Shown piece by piece: positions 27,189 to 39,289 of a stretch of DNA of 64,000 nt; positions within the stretch are counted from its first letter, which is position 1; each line of letters starts with the position of its first letter. The notes beneath the pieces were generated by a model, which was given only the letters and a program-made list of their open reading frames with translations, searched no databases and was not told the DNA's origin. Source of the DNA: Haplodiscus bocki (lineage: Eukaryota); contig OZ296649.1 of NCBI GenBank assembly GCA_965655095.1, forward strand, positions 106,082,001 through 106,146,000. Direction: 5' to 3'. Made by a program: the position numbers and the translations under genes.

Positions 27189-27830
27189 TCACGACAAATA
27201 TAAACGATGTCTACACCATTTGTTTTTGCTCTCTAACCTTTTGTTGCTCTCCGGGTATCTCAGGACTTGGTCCCCGAAACGGAAGTACTTCAGTCTTCCA
27301 TGATTTGTAACAGCAGTTTTCATCTTTTCCGGTACGAGTTTCCTATCATGATAACCAGATAAGATACACACATCTTAAGTGTCAAACATGAGAACATTAG
27401 GCAGCAATTTTTCACAGTAGTCTTCGCCCAACTCGCTGTCAGGCTTTCGACTTTCCAATTGCAACAATTCCAAGTTGAATTGTGGTTTGATACCATCACT
27501 TCTCTCAAAAATTTTATTTACGTTTTGCAGTTCCACATTCATGTTGAAAGCCTCAATGCACAGATTTTTGACGGACGTTTCAAAGAACACAAATGATCCG
27601 AAAAATTTGTATTATATAAAAAGACAGAAACAGGAGCAAGGCTCTGAAGCGTCCACCAATCATCGAACACTGCATAACGATAATAAAGCCTGTCTCGGAT
27701 GAAAAATTGGTAAGTTTGCAAATATGGAAAGATTTTTGGTATTAGATCGGAATGCCACCTAAAGTCATAAGCATGACGTATTACGACTGATGATAATTCG
27801 TTGAAAACAGGTGGGTCTGGGTCTCTAACG
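27189..27830 (-). pseudogene. F-box family copy B, 3' part of exon 3 (left of the Polinton)
   Basis: Clear paralog of 56322..57320 (CILSGYHDRKLVPEKMK..KYFRFGDQVLRYPESNK; FLYNTNFSDHLCSLK). It has a premature TAA at 27377-27375 and a 7-nt deletion near 27575. Confidence 0.9.
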
Positions 27831-27912
27831 AGAAGAAAGATACCGCAAATAAACCACCTAAAAATCATAATCAACCATTCCTACCATTTTAAAAACAGCT
27901 TAGATATGCAAA
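27831..27912 (+). repeat. Polinton left terminal inverted repeat
   Basis: AGAAGAAAGATACCGCAAATAAACCACCT...: the first 29 nt match the right TIR exactly; 9 mismatches over 82 nt by manual count. Confidence 0.95.
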
Positions 27913-27914
27913 TA

Positions 27915-28657
27915 CTAAATATACAAAAAAACAGCAACAAAAAAAAACGCTTGGTCACCTCCGATAGAACGAACTCTTTTGGAGTCAACCGGACGGTCTA
28001 GCAAATCTATAAATGTACAAAAAGTATTTATAAATTTTAGGCCTCGCTCCAAAAGGCACGAGCAGCTCCACAGACACAGTGTTTTAATGCGTGACAGCTC
28101 CATCGGAGAAAAACCCGATCTAACTATCCGGAGTTTAGGCAACTCGCGACAAAGGCGGTAAACTCTTTTAACTTCCGCCACCTTCGTCCTGCCCGAGAAC
28201 ACCGAATAAATTTTTAGTTCTTCCAATACTTCGGAGCTGCTTTTCTTGTTCAGGTTATGTTGAATCGCTTCAACAATGATGCCGCCTATATAAAAGTTTT
28301 GCTCATTCAGGCCTGCACTCTGCAGTCTCTCGATGTTCAATAACTTTTGGCACACTTCTGCCATCGCTACGGTTCTACTGAACAGCTCCTCGTCACTCTG
28401 GCGCTCTGAAGTGTGAGGAGGGAGGGGCTCATTTAATCCCGTCATTACTCTTTGACTTCGTCCAGCGAAAGTTGACTTTTCGGGCGCCGCGGAGTTGCAG
28501 AGAAAGTTGAGTTTTGAACAAGGCTTACTGGGGGCGACGTCATCTCAATGTTCGAAACGTCGAACATGCCTGCCGCCGGTGAGATTCTTACTGCATCCTC
28601 TACCGGCGCGGGAATGGCCAAACCAGTTCGGGAGGACGATGCAAGGATGGCAGACAT
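27915..28657 (-). CDS. Polinton orphan ORF(s): 176 aa (27915..28445) and Ser/Pro-rich 70 aa (28445..28657)
   Basis: From the ORF track; same strand as all viral genes. No recognisable motif. May be a single frameshifted or spliced gene (acceptor-like TTTGTTTTTTAG at ~28763). Confidence 0.45.
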
Positions 28658-28849
28658 TGAACTAAAGACCTGTCCACTTGTTCAACCTGACGTGGTGTTA
28701 GCACCAAACCAGAGAAAGATATCCTGAGCGCAATCAAGGGCGGGTGACTTTCTTCAGGCAACTAAAAAACAAAATTTTTTTAAAACATCAATTATTGAAC
28801 ATTTTTGATAAACAAAGATGCGAAAGAATAAATGAATTATTTCCTATAT

Positions 28850-29342
28850 TAAAGCTTTGAATCAAGGTAAAATGGCTGCGGCGGAGCGCAAGATGTCTTC
28901 TTCTGTGGCAAAGGCAGGAAAACTACATATTTGAATTGCTTTTTTATCAGTCAACGATTTCTTTGTCCCTTAAAAAAAATATGCAATAAAAAGACAAAAT
29001 ATGCCAGAAAACTGGCTATCAAAAGGTTGGAAGAGCGTCGATGTTGGCATGTACTGAAAAACTTTTTGGTGTGAGAGCCTGCTTCATGCTTGAACTTTTT
29101 CGTATAAGTCCCCAAAAAACTGTCAGAAGTCCATTTCAAAACTGTCGTATAGCAACACCGTCGTTAATTGACGCTATGAGCAGCCAAAGCTCGCCAACCT
29201 CGGATCACGGGTCAGTGTTAACAAGGACAAACTCGTTATGTTTTAAAAAGGGGAATGTGTCTCGTGCAAAACAGCCGCGATATTTTAACTTCAGAATAGG
29301 GTCTCGGTTGATCAAGTAAGTGAGCTGGGTCTTATCAACCAT
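28850..29342 (-). pseudogene. Adenain-like (C5) maturation cysteine protease
   Basis: Manual translation from ATG 29342: MVDKTQLTYLINRDPILKLKYRGCFARDTFP..VLVNTDP*SEVGELWLLI..LYDSF..LQPFDSQFSGIFCLFIAYFF. This fits the Polinton pattern NTD..GxHW..FDSFG..Q..S..CG.FC, but the catalytic His and Cys positions read L and S. The 3' end is approximate. Confidence 0.8.
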
Positions 29343-30708
29343 TGTAGATAATTGAATTTTTTATAACTTCTCGATTGCGGTCGATAAGCACAACAGATCT
29401 TCTCTCAACGAGTACAATAGGACGTACTGCGTCTGTGGCGGCTTTTGAAAACTGCAGTTCAAGACCCAACCGGGCACCAGTTAGTTCCGGGCGAATTGTG
29501 TTGTCTTCAATATAGTAGTCGACTGTAAGTTTGAAAACTCAACAGAAGTGGTTTTCAAAATTGCCAAGTGTTATCCCAATACCACCGTGCTCGAATCCCA
29601 AGGCTTTGAGCTACTGGTAGTAGGAGCGGACCAGGTTGTCGTTTCGATGTAGAGGCGTCGCGCTGACGAGTGATCCCTCGTGATTGAGACGAACTGTTTC
29701 CAAACCCATCTGCTGGAAGTGGAAAGGGTTTGTTTCGAAGTTTCCACTAAACCTCGTTTCGGGTACCATAAACATGATTAGGCGGCTAATCCGAACTTTG
29801 TTGAAAATACCATCCAATCGGAAGTCGGTTGAAAATATCATCCCGATAATACATAGTTACACTACTGGATATCAGAAACGACTTTGGCACTCTTTCCTGA
29901 AAATCGTAATGGGCTGCTTTTTTTGACAGCATGCGTTCAATTGTGAGATAAGTCTCATTTTTAAGCTCTAATTTGTGGACCAACAGTGACGCATTGAGAA
30001 TCTGTAGAGAAAATTCACCTTGAGAATCTTTTACCGAATTCGGGTGTATGAGGACAAATTGGTCAGCAGAGCGATACAGACGAACACGCACTTCGATTCC
30101 TGGTAACAGGAACATGTGATAGTCCGCCAGAAAACTGTCAGGAAGTCGACCGCAATAGGAGAATTTGTTGTGAGTTACTTCCCAAATTTTGACGATTTGC
30201 GAAGGCTTCACCATCTGCAATATCTCCAGGATCTGTCTCGAACTCGTATCTTTGACAGCGAAGCCAACCTTCTGTACAGGAAGCATTGTGCGATAATTCT
30301 GCTTCAACTAGAGCTTTAAATGGATACAGGTTGTTTGCAGAAGAAATTGGTGTTCCATTGAGTGAAATTTTTACATTTTATTGCGCATCAGTGAAATAAA
30401 TTGCGCATCAGATTGTTGACAAACGTAGGTTTCAGATCAGACACATCTTCCGCTTTCTCCTTGCCGACATATTTAAGATTGACGTCTAACTTCACAAAGA
30501 GGTCGACTAGGCCTATCACTGTATCGCCAATGCCAGTTTTTGCGCCCTTGAAGTCATTCTAATACCGGCCCATCAGCGCTCGTTGGTGTAAAAATTTCTT
30601 CATGATATCCTCGTTGAAAATCTACGAGAATCTCGATGTCCCAAAGAGTGATAACCCGGGGTGCATGCCGGGCAATGGTGGCTCAGAATAAACAAATGAA
30701 TCAGGCAT
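29335..30708 (-). pseudogene. Major capsid protein (double jelly-roll), frameshifted
   Basis: GRLPDSFLADYHMFLLPGIEVRVRLYRS..ILNASLLVHKLEL..AAHYDFQERVPKSFLI..DDIFNRLP (29786..30307); FMVPETRFSGNFETNPFHFQQMGLETVRLNHEG (29611..29841); C-terminus LIDRNREVIK. Confidence 0.88.
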
Positions 30709-30936
30709 TACTCTAGAGTTGTTTCAAAATGTAGGGTCACATAGAAAAAATAAAATTCAACTGTGGAAGTTTCTCAAATAGGGATCAACCGCGATCAACT
30801 ATGGAACTGAAGAAAATTTGCCGACTTCTTTTTTCCTTTGTTGGTCCCTGATTGCGTGATTTGCCAACCGATTTACGGAACTAAACTTTTTCACTTGGTT
30901 AAGACGGTGCCTTGTTTTTTTTGTTGCTATTCTTCT

Positions 30937-31299
30937 TTAACATTGTTCGCGTTCTCTGAGAGGTCTTTGTTGTGTTTGGTCGACGTAACGGGACACGTCT
31001 TGTATTCTTCCACCGCGTCCCCCGCCAACTTGTTTTCGGATTGTCTTTTTCACAGCGTTTCGCATTGCTGCTTTCTGCTTAGTGCTACTATCCAAAATAT
31101 TGATCACTTCTGGAGCAGCCTGTTGTAAGAACGATTTTGCGACAGGAATACCATACCTTTTAACCATTGGTATTACGAATCCCTTCAAGCCAGCTTTGAT
31201 GGCTGCTCCGAAGCCACTTCTATATTGATGATATGGAGATCCTCGAAAGTAATTTACACTGCTCGGACCGCTGTTCTGATTTTGATTGACACGGGGCAT
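30937..31299 (-). CDS. Small basic Gly/Arg-rich core-like virion protein
   Basis: FRGSPYHQYRSGFGAAIKAGLKGFVIPMVKRYG..KQVGGGRGGR resembles the FxG..YQRGxG small proteins found between the capsid genes of Polintons. The function is inferred. Confidence 0.65.
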   Translation of the reverse strand: MPRVNQNQNSGPSSVNYFRGSPYHQYRSGFGAAIKAGLKGFVIPMVKRYGIPVAKSFLQQAAPEVINILDSSTKQKAAMRNAVKKTIRKQVGGGRGGRIQDVSRYVDQTQQRPLREREQC

Positions 31300-31455
31300 A
31301 AAATCATCTGAAAGTAAAAAAAACAAATGAAATTGTTCAACGGTCGTCCAATAGGAATCAAGAGAAGCTTCATTGAAGAAAATTGAACCAATATGTCAAA
31401 TTTGATCACAAAGGTACTTTCAACAAAATTAATAAAATCTGTACAGCTGGGATAA

Positions 31456-32266
31456 TTAAATTTTCTTCGGAAAAAGCAACGTCACAGAAGTACGACCAAC
31501 ACAGACAAAGGGAACAAAATCATTAGTATCAGTCCTCAGTTCAATCAACAAATCAATCAAAATCGTTTTCGAAACCTTCTTGAAAATAGGATTGGGGAAA
31601 GTGATCAATGAGCACGCGCCAAAACCTAAAGCACCACCAAGTTTTTCTCCTACTTCCTTGGGCGGCCTGTGTTGTGGGTTGAAGAGTGGAAGGCTGTCCA
31701 ACATTGGAGCTCGGCTGTTCCCAACGAACTGCTGCTCAAAGAAGTCTCCGTAAACGTACACATGGTGCCAGTGGTGAATATCAACAAGAAAAGCCCCAGG
31801 AGAATCGTGGATTGACGGCGGATTTTTCCATGGCGAAGGCTCATGTTGGCAGCCGAGAGCGTGAAAGAAATCAGGTGACACGTTGGCAAACCTAGTTTTG
31901 GAACGGTTGTTTAGTTCCAGTTTGCCTTGTTCATCCACTTTCTTTCAGTTTTTCCTTCATCCAAGCACCCCTCTTCCGGTGATTGGCTCCAATCATTTCT
32001 TCCAGAAGGTCGTCCACGCTATGGTAAATGCCTTCTCCGATTTCACATTCTTTCACCCAAGACTTCTTTCCATGATAATAAAAATAAAAAAAGACTCGAA
32101 TATTGTTTATTTGTCTCGGGTAGGTCATTTCGGTAACACCAACTTCCCAGCTTCCTTCGAGCTCGAATGGACATGACAGGATTGTTCTGAAGGAAGCTAG
32201 AGTATTTGATTTGTAAACATTAAGGGATGCGTTCGAGGACAAATTGATGGTGAATTGGTCGTGCAT
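31456..32266 (-). pseudogene. Minor capsid (penton-like) protein, frameshifted at ~31935
   Basis: N-terminus FTINLSSNASLNVYKSNTLASFRTILSCPFELEGSWEVGVTEMTYP; C-terminus HVYVYGDFFEQQFVGNSRAPML..IELRTDTNDFVPF..GRTSVTLLF. Confidence 0.88.
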
Positions 32267-32356
32267 GATGTAATTGCTCACTCTCTCGATAACAGCGTTT
32301 GAGAAAGTCATAAAAATGATAAGAATAAGTTATCAAAAAGTTATGCTGAATTGAAT

Positions 32357-33388
32357 TTAACTTGTAGCAAACGATATAGTTTGATGGCGCGACTGTCCAC
32401 GGTCCTGCAAGTATTTGAAAGGAGTCAGCTTGGGAGCGTAAAATTTGCCCAGAAGGGGTTCATCTTTAGAGTCGAAGAATTTGTATTTCACTGGACCTTT
32501 TAGTTTTGGTATACAAACTCGTGATACTTTTGCTCGTGAAAAGAAATCATTTGTATAATGCTGCTTGTAGCCTTTTTGAAATGACAATTCTTTGAAAGCA
32601 ATGCGAACTCGATCGCCAACTTTAACAACTTGATTTTGAACCAGGTAAAGAACGTCGTCTCTGAAGGGAGACTAAATGAGGAACATGTTTTGCGTTGACG
32701 CCATCAGCAGCCATTCCAATCGCCCGATTTCGCCGCTTGTTCACAAGGGAAACAATTTTTTGAAGTTGAGGAATACACCTGAAGGTTTGGTATTCCTCAA
32801 AATACTTGTATAGTGAAGTCTTCAAGGTCCTTATGTACCTTTCAGCCATGCAGCTTTTGGTTTCACTGTATGTATGGTAAACTTCGATCTCATTTTCTGT
32901 GCAGAGTTTTTCGAACTCAGCTTTGAACTCCTTACTTTTATCAACCCACAACATTATGGGGAACTGAACATTTTCAAAGTTAACCTTTGATTCGAAAGCC
33001 AACTTTGCAACAAGGGCGGTTTTTGATTTCAGCGGCTGAACTCCAATTTCTGGGCAGAGACTGTCTACTGCAAGAAGAAGATACTTGACACCGTCGTTGA
33101 TATTTGCCATTTTTTCCATATAAGCGATAACCAAGGACCAAATGTGGTTTATGCCTAGCGAAATCACTGGTAAACGTGGAAAATTCTTTGTGCTGGCTTG
33201 AACTTGGTGTAAGTTTTCGAGGTTTCTAAATATGCCAAAAATTTCGTTCGTGGCAATTCACTAGCTTTAGTCAAGTTGGAGATACTACCAAAAGCGCTTG
33301 GATGATTAGGTAATGTTAAAAGGCCATGTAGTTTGCGATATTCGGATTCTGTTGAGACCCTATTGTCAGCATCACTGGGACGCTTCAT
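32357..33388 (-). pseudogene. Retroviral-like (rve) integrase, three frameshifted pieces
   Basis: HPSAFGSISNL..TYTKFKP; NDGVKYLLLAVD..PLKSKT..LWVDKSKEF..KSCMAERYIRTLK; FQKGY..DEPLLGKFY. The first catalytic Asp region (normally WQxDLxD) reads WSLVIAY. Confidence 0.93.
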
Positions 33389-33472
33389 ATTGTCTGTCTC
33401 AGTCTTAATGAGTACGAATGTTTCTGTTCAAAATGTAGTTCAAGCAGTTTTTATTAACAATCAACTCAGCGT

Positions 33473-33757
33473 TTATGGCCGAAATGGGGCTCGTCGGCGG
33501 AAAAGTATGTCGAGAACAAAAAAGTAGTTTGCGGGTTTTTTCTTCTCATACAACTGGAGGTCACGAAGAAAGGTCAAAATTTTGATATCTCCAAAGAGCA
33601 AATTGTCAGCTCTTTCTGTCGGAACTATGGAAGTTTCTGGAATCCTTCTCCCACGTGAATCTTTTTTCGAAATTCTATAACTTTTGTTACAAGCATTGAA
33701 GCTCACTTCTTTTTCCATGAGTAACCTCAACAATCTTTCAATGCGTTCTTTCCGCAA
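33473..33757 (-). CDS. Polinton unknown ORF fragment between ATPase and integrase
   Basis: 94-aa ORF co-oriented with the viral genes; no family recognised. Confidence 0.35.
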   Translation of the reverse strand: MRKERIERLLRLLMEKEVSFNACNKSYRISKKDSRGRRIPETSIVPTERADNLLFGDIKILTFLRDLQLYEKKKPANYFFVLDILFRRRAPFRP

Positions 33758-34470
33758 CGATGAGTCTTTTTCATTGGTCTTAGGCGTTTCGATGGAATTT
33801 TTGTTGCTAATTCCTGTATACTTTGTGACATCTTCCAGCCGAGCTGTTTCAAATTTGTCTCGTGTCGTCTGATTCTTTTCGGCAGTAGGGTTGGCAAGGT
33901 CGTCTTCTGCAGCCCACTGGCCGAATTGGCAACGAGTCCTGATGACGAGGTTGAAGTTTGTCTATTGATTGATCCTTAGTAGTAATGTGAGGGGATACTT
34001 GATCGGGCAGATTACTCGATGAAACTAGAGCGGGACAGACGTGTGACGTTAACCTAAAAGAAAACTATAGGGAACAAGCACAAACTCATCCAGCAAAGTT
34101 GATGAAATATGATTGGCGTGTGTCCAGACAGTTTTGCAGAGTCTTTCCGATGATAAGTTTAGAACCAACCCGCAAAATTTGCTCTAATGTCAGCAGAGAT
34201 TTTACTAAGCGTTTATAGGTTGCAGCCGTTTAGAATAAAGTAAAAAATGGTATATTTGGTGGTTATTTCCTCAGTTTGCCATATTGATCATAATTTCTGT
34301 TTGCGTGATCTTCGGACGCAATTTCGCGAGCGTACTGAAACAACACTTTTTTTGGTTACAAAGAAAACCGTCGGCAACTGTAACTCATCAGTAGAAGTTC
34401 GACGACCATGCGGTAAAGATTGAGTTTTTGATATCTTATTCAAAAATTTGCCCGCTTTTCTCAGAAGCGC

Positions 34471-35254
34471 TTATTGGCTTGTCAAGCTATAATTGTTCCT
34501 ACCTCGATGGTTATTGTCAAAGTTACAAATTCTGGTACAAAATCTCAAAGAATCGTGGCATGTAGTGGTGAGATCAATCAACAAATGGCCAAAAGGAACG
34601 GACGTTGCCGGCTGGTAGGCTAATTCGAGGAAAGCAGAGTCCGCAATTTGCAGCTCTGAGCCAGGAAAGTTCAATTGTCGGCCTATTCTCGGCGATTTAC
34701 TACATGAGTAATGCTTTTGCCTACAGTAACGCATTACTTTCCTTGTTGGTACAAATTTTCTTTGATAAAAATAACACTCACGCCATTATGCCGGCCAGCT
34801 GTCGCCAAATTAGCAAAGCTGGCGCTTTCGAAAATCTCAGCACGAAAATCATTGAATATTGCCAAGACTTTGTCATTGCCCGAGACAAATTGAAAACCGC
34901 TGTCTTTCATTCGATGATTCAAAAGGTTTTCGATGAGCCAATCAATAGAAGATTGCTGGCTTGGGAAATTCAAAGGTGAACTAAATTTGGGCAAGGGGTT
35001 AGACTTCCAGGAAATTCCCACGGGAAACTTTGAGATCACTGCAATCCCCAATAAAAATTCGCAGAAAACCTTTTGATGAAGCGATCATACACAGGCTGCC
35101 AAAGGCGGTAAAAGTAAAGAATTTTTTCAAAACCAGGCTGAAAATTGCCGTTAATTTGTGGAAACATCTTCAAAATAACATGTGTTTTGCCTGATTCGGA
35201 CGAACCACATACGCATATAAAGACGCGAGTCTCAGTGCAAATACCTTTATTCAT
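34471..35254 (-). pseudogene. A32-like (FtsK/HerA) DNA-packaging ATPase, frameshifted
   Basis: Walker A VCGSSESGKT; Walker B-like LAIFND; GRHNGVSVIFIKENLYQQGK; KSPR..GRQL..AYQPATSVPFGHLLIDL. Confidence 0.92.
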
Positions 35255-35414
35255 TTTGTTAAACAGAAGTTTTTCTGAAAGCGCTGGCGTTAGGCAGTAA
35301 ATAGGCGATGGAAATGGAAAAAATCATGGTGTAAGCTGTACGTTCTTCGCAGCTTAAGGAGGAAACAATCAGAATCCTCAGCTTACAGAATACAACGGAA
35401 ACGAATACAAGAAT

Positions 35415-38400
35415 TCATTGTGAGCAAAAAATGAGAAACACACGGCCAACGTTTCGATTGAAAAAACTCAAAACGTCTTTGTTGTCTTCCTGGTTGTCAA
35501 CACATTGGTTATCGTGGGTCACCTTCGGTATTCCAGTCGCCAGGGTGACCTCCTGGCAGTCTGCGCATTCAGGGTAATCTTCTCCATAGGTTTCCGGCAA
35601 TGACGTATGTGGTTGTACTTTTGCGTAATCTCAGTTTTCTCGGTTTGGCTGCACACCTGCGTACCCTCATGTCCCGTGTATGATTGTTTCTGATTGCCTT
35701 TTCTGGAGATCCAAGGCGATAGAGGGAAATTTTTGCTCGATTTGCTCACACTTCCGGGAGCAGACTAGGTGTAGGAATTAAAAAGGCCAAAAAGGAGCTC
35801 AAAATGCTCATGTCACAAAATGTTTCTTGACACGTATCGTTGGATTCGTTTTTACAATTAGGGCTGTTCTGTTGAACCAGGCTCAATTTGAGTAAGGAGA
35901 AAGCGTCCAGAATGAAGATAAGTAGTAATTGTGTCACGAATAAAATCTGAGCAAGCGGTGGTGCTCTAATATTTCTTCTCACGCTCCTAACTTGGGAGGA
36001 ATTTTCAATAAAAAGACCCTGAGAGGGCTGATTTTGTCTCCCAGGGTTTTCTTCTTCTGATAATGATTTTCTCAGACGGCAGGTTTCCTGAGGATGGTCT
36101 GATTTGTCGTATTTTCCTAGTTTGTCAGCATGACTGGAATTGTCTGATGCATGCATCTGAAAAGTACATCTAAGCTACGTTAAAATACTTCCATGTTCTC
36201 TTGCAAGATCATGCCTGTCGAGAAAAAAAAGGCAGCGGTTTATGCAAAAAATTATTTTTTCAAAGGCACGCAATAAACTACCACAAAAGCGAGACTGTAT
36301 CAAAAGAAAACAATTACATATACTGAGAAAATTGTCGCAGCTCCATATCAGAAAGCTTAGGTTGCCATGTTCTACGGTAAATTGCCGGCTGTCAGTGGTG
36401 TCCCCTGTTTTTTTTTAAAAAAAATCAACCATAAATGGTTGTTTGTTATTGTAAACAGCTCTTTCCTCACGCTGTTGGGTTGCCCTCAATGTGCGCTTCA
36501 CTGCTAATGACCTCATTCTCCTCATCATAGCCGCTCATGTTTTCGTTTGCAGTGTAATCATTATCAGCACTCGCACTTGGGTCTTCCCAGTTGTCGAGAT
36601 TGGACGTGAGCGTTAATGACGAGCTGTTTGGGACATCTGATGACGTTGAAGATGGGCCTCCAGCAAAAGTGAACAGGTTGTCGGAAGCAGAAGCTTGACT
36701 GGTTCAATTCATTTGTGCTGCTAGGCTGACACTGCTGCTCACAATCGGTTGTCGCAATTGATGATATGTGCTAGCGTCTTGAGTGTTCAACTGATAATGG
36801 CTCGAGTTTGCTGCCACACCATCACCACAACCACTTTTCCATTCTCCTCGGGCACAGCAAGAGCCTCCACACGAAATTCGAGGGATATTCATGTAATAAC
36901 TAGATGTTCGAAGAAAAATCGACGAATGGTCAAACTGGGTCTGATGGTAATTGGACGCATCGTCTCTTACATAGGCAGCTGCTGAAATCATGTTGGTAGC
37001 AGCAACTGAATTCACGCTGTCTGCGGGGTGTTTTGATAAACGAAGTTAGACAGCATCACCTGGGAAGGATGATTGTAGTAAGATAAATTGCGCTGGTTTC
37101 GACCACCTTCTCCGCCCTGTTAATTATTTTGGTCGCGAAACGATACTATATTCAGAGCTAAAGGCTTGATTTGTACTAGACAGCAATATTCGTCCCAGCT
37201 CATATTCAAGTAATTGGGGCGTCTCGTGGCCTGTAAAGGTGCGCCTACAGACAGACCAATTCTTGTGTTTTCTTACCAGAAAAACTATCCCATAAGACGA
37301 CTGTTAAGGTGTTTGGTTCTTAGGTGCCGGAACTGCTTCTGGGAATTCAAAGTTTATGCGAAACGTGTCTGACAAAGGGAGGTAGGCAGTCATTTTGTTT
37401 GAGATTTGACTCGGCTGTTTTTGTCGATGTTCACTTTATTGTTGAGACAAAGTAACTGAAAGAGTGGAAATTTGTCACTGTCAATATGAAAAACAAAAAG
37501 AGACCCGTCATATGCCCCAGCCGAAAATAATTTGGGAGAACAGGTAAGCTAATCACGTAATTACAACCTGGACCTTTCCTACGAGTCCGGTACAAGTAAC
37601 CATAAGCATCATGAAAAACACGGCATGTAATTTGAAAAGTGGTGATACCGACGAAAAGACGGAATGTATTCTCAATGTAATACCCGGCCCTATTTTTCCA
37701 ACCCAAGGTGTAGTGTGAGATAACTCGCCACACTTCAAAATCATGGCAACAGCACATTCTTCACAGAACCCTGCACAAGAACATATGTTTGTTTCGACAT
37801 GCTCAAGAATAGTAAATGATTGAACTGTAAATAACTCGGTATAGCGTAACCTAATCGTGAAGGGATTTTCTCTGAGATCATTGCTTCATCAACTTTGCTT
37901 GAATCGATGTCTGTTATCATAAGTTGAATTAGTAAGTCAAAATTATCTTCCTGACTATGTTTGTAAAACTTATGAGGTACTTGAAAGATGATTCAATTTT
38001 TGCGATTGACAGCTACAACATATTTCTGATGAGAAAAAGAACAAAATGAATGCGCAAATAAAAGTGCTCAGAAAAGAAAATAAGGAGTATTAGTCCTAAA
38101 AAACCATTACATACACAGGCACACTAACACGATTCGGATGAACATATATGCGACGCGTCCTTGAATTATCAAGTAATTTTCTTCTTCAAGGATAACTTCA
38201 CAAACTAAATCTTGTGGCCCCACACACATTGAAAATCCCACACAACCTTTGCTCTGAGTTTCGGAGAACGTTTAGGCTACAACTCTCTGTTTACACAATC
38301 CGCACTTCGTCTCTTTCTTTCCTCCATCATTTTTGTTACGAAAGTGTTACTTTTCACCAATGTGAAACCATCGTTCATGCAGCACGGACAGCATACGGTT

Positions 38401-39240
38401 CTTTGTTGAAGAGAAAAATTTCCCAGCTCTATTCATCTTCAAGTTTGGGCAGGAAAAATCTTGTATTAGGCGAATCATCACCTCTAGCCGCCATTTTACT
38501 GTGTTTTCTTCTGTTGGGAAAACCTCATTAGTACCACTTGTGTCTTCTCGGAACTTACGTATACCATTGAATACTTCCTGGAAGCCAAGTTTTTCGGCTC
38601 CAATTGTATTTTCAGTCTTCAGCGGCGCTCTTGTTGAAGAGAGGTGTGCATTACTCCGTCCAGCTCTTGCCTCTTAGTTGTCACCATCTTCCTCCTCATT
38701 TGTCATTTGGGACTTTTTGAACGGAGCGGTATCCATTTTTTTCAGCTTTCGTAACTGAGGTGCCCGGTTTTGAATCAACATCAAGAGCAGCAACTGTTGA
38801 TGGGGCGTTGACTATAACACGAATGTGGTTATCGGTTGCAAAGCAGTTCCGAGGCTAAGGTAGAATATAGCACTTCCCTGCAGGGAAGCGACCGGTTTAA
38901 TTGTTCGGTGAGACCGCTAATACACAACGGACGTCGTCATTTTTGTATCCACAGAGATTATAACATTGGAAAAGATGGGCACCGATTACACAATCAACGT
39001 TGTTTTCAGCAAAAATGGCTTGCAGTTTTTCCCGAACGTACACGCATTGTTCAACAGCGTTTCCTCCGAAAATATGCTTGGGATAAAACACGAAATGTGC
39101 ATAAAGGGAAAATGATTTGCGTCGAAACTCCATAATACTCTCTCAAATTCAAAAAACGGCAATTACTGGATCCTAACAGTAGTTCATCATGGCACCCAAG
39201 GTTTGTTTTTTTTGAAAAAAAATCTTGTTTCAATTTATTC
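35415..39240 (-). other. Polinton accessory region with fragmented orphan ORFs
   Basis: Minus-strand ORF fragments (35415..35749, 35746..36156, 36704..37015, 37431..37757, 38897..39133) without recognisable motifs. Confidence 0.35.
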
Positions 39241-39289
39241 TATAGTAAATGCAGTGAACGTTAGACAGACAAAAAAACAGCCAGAGGAG

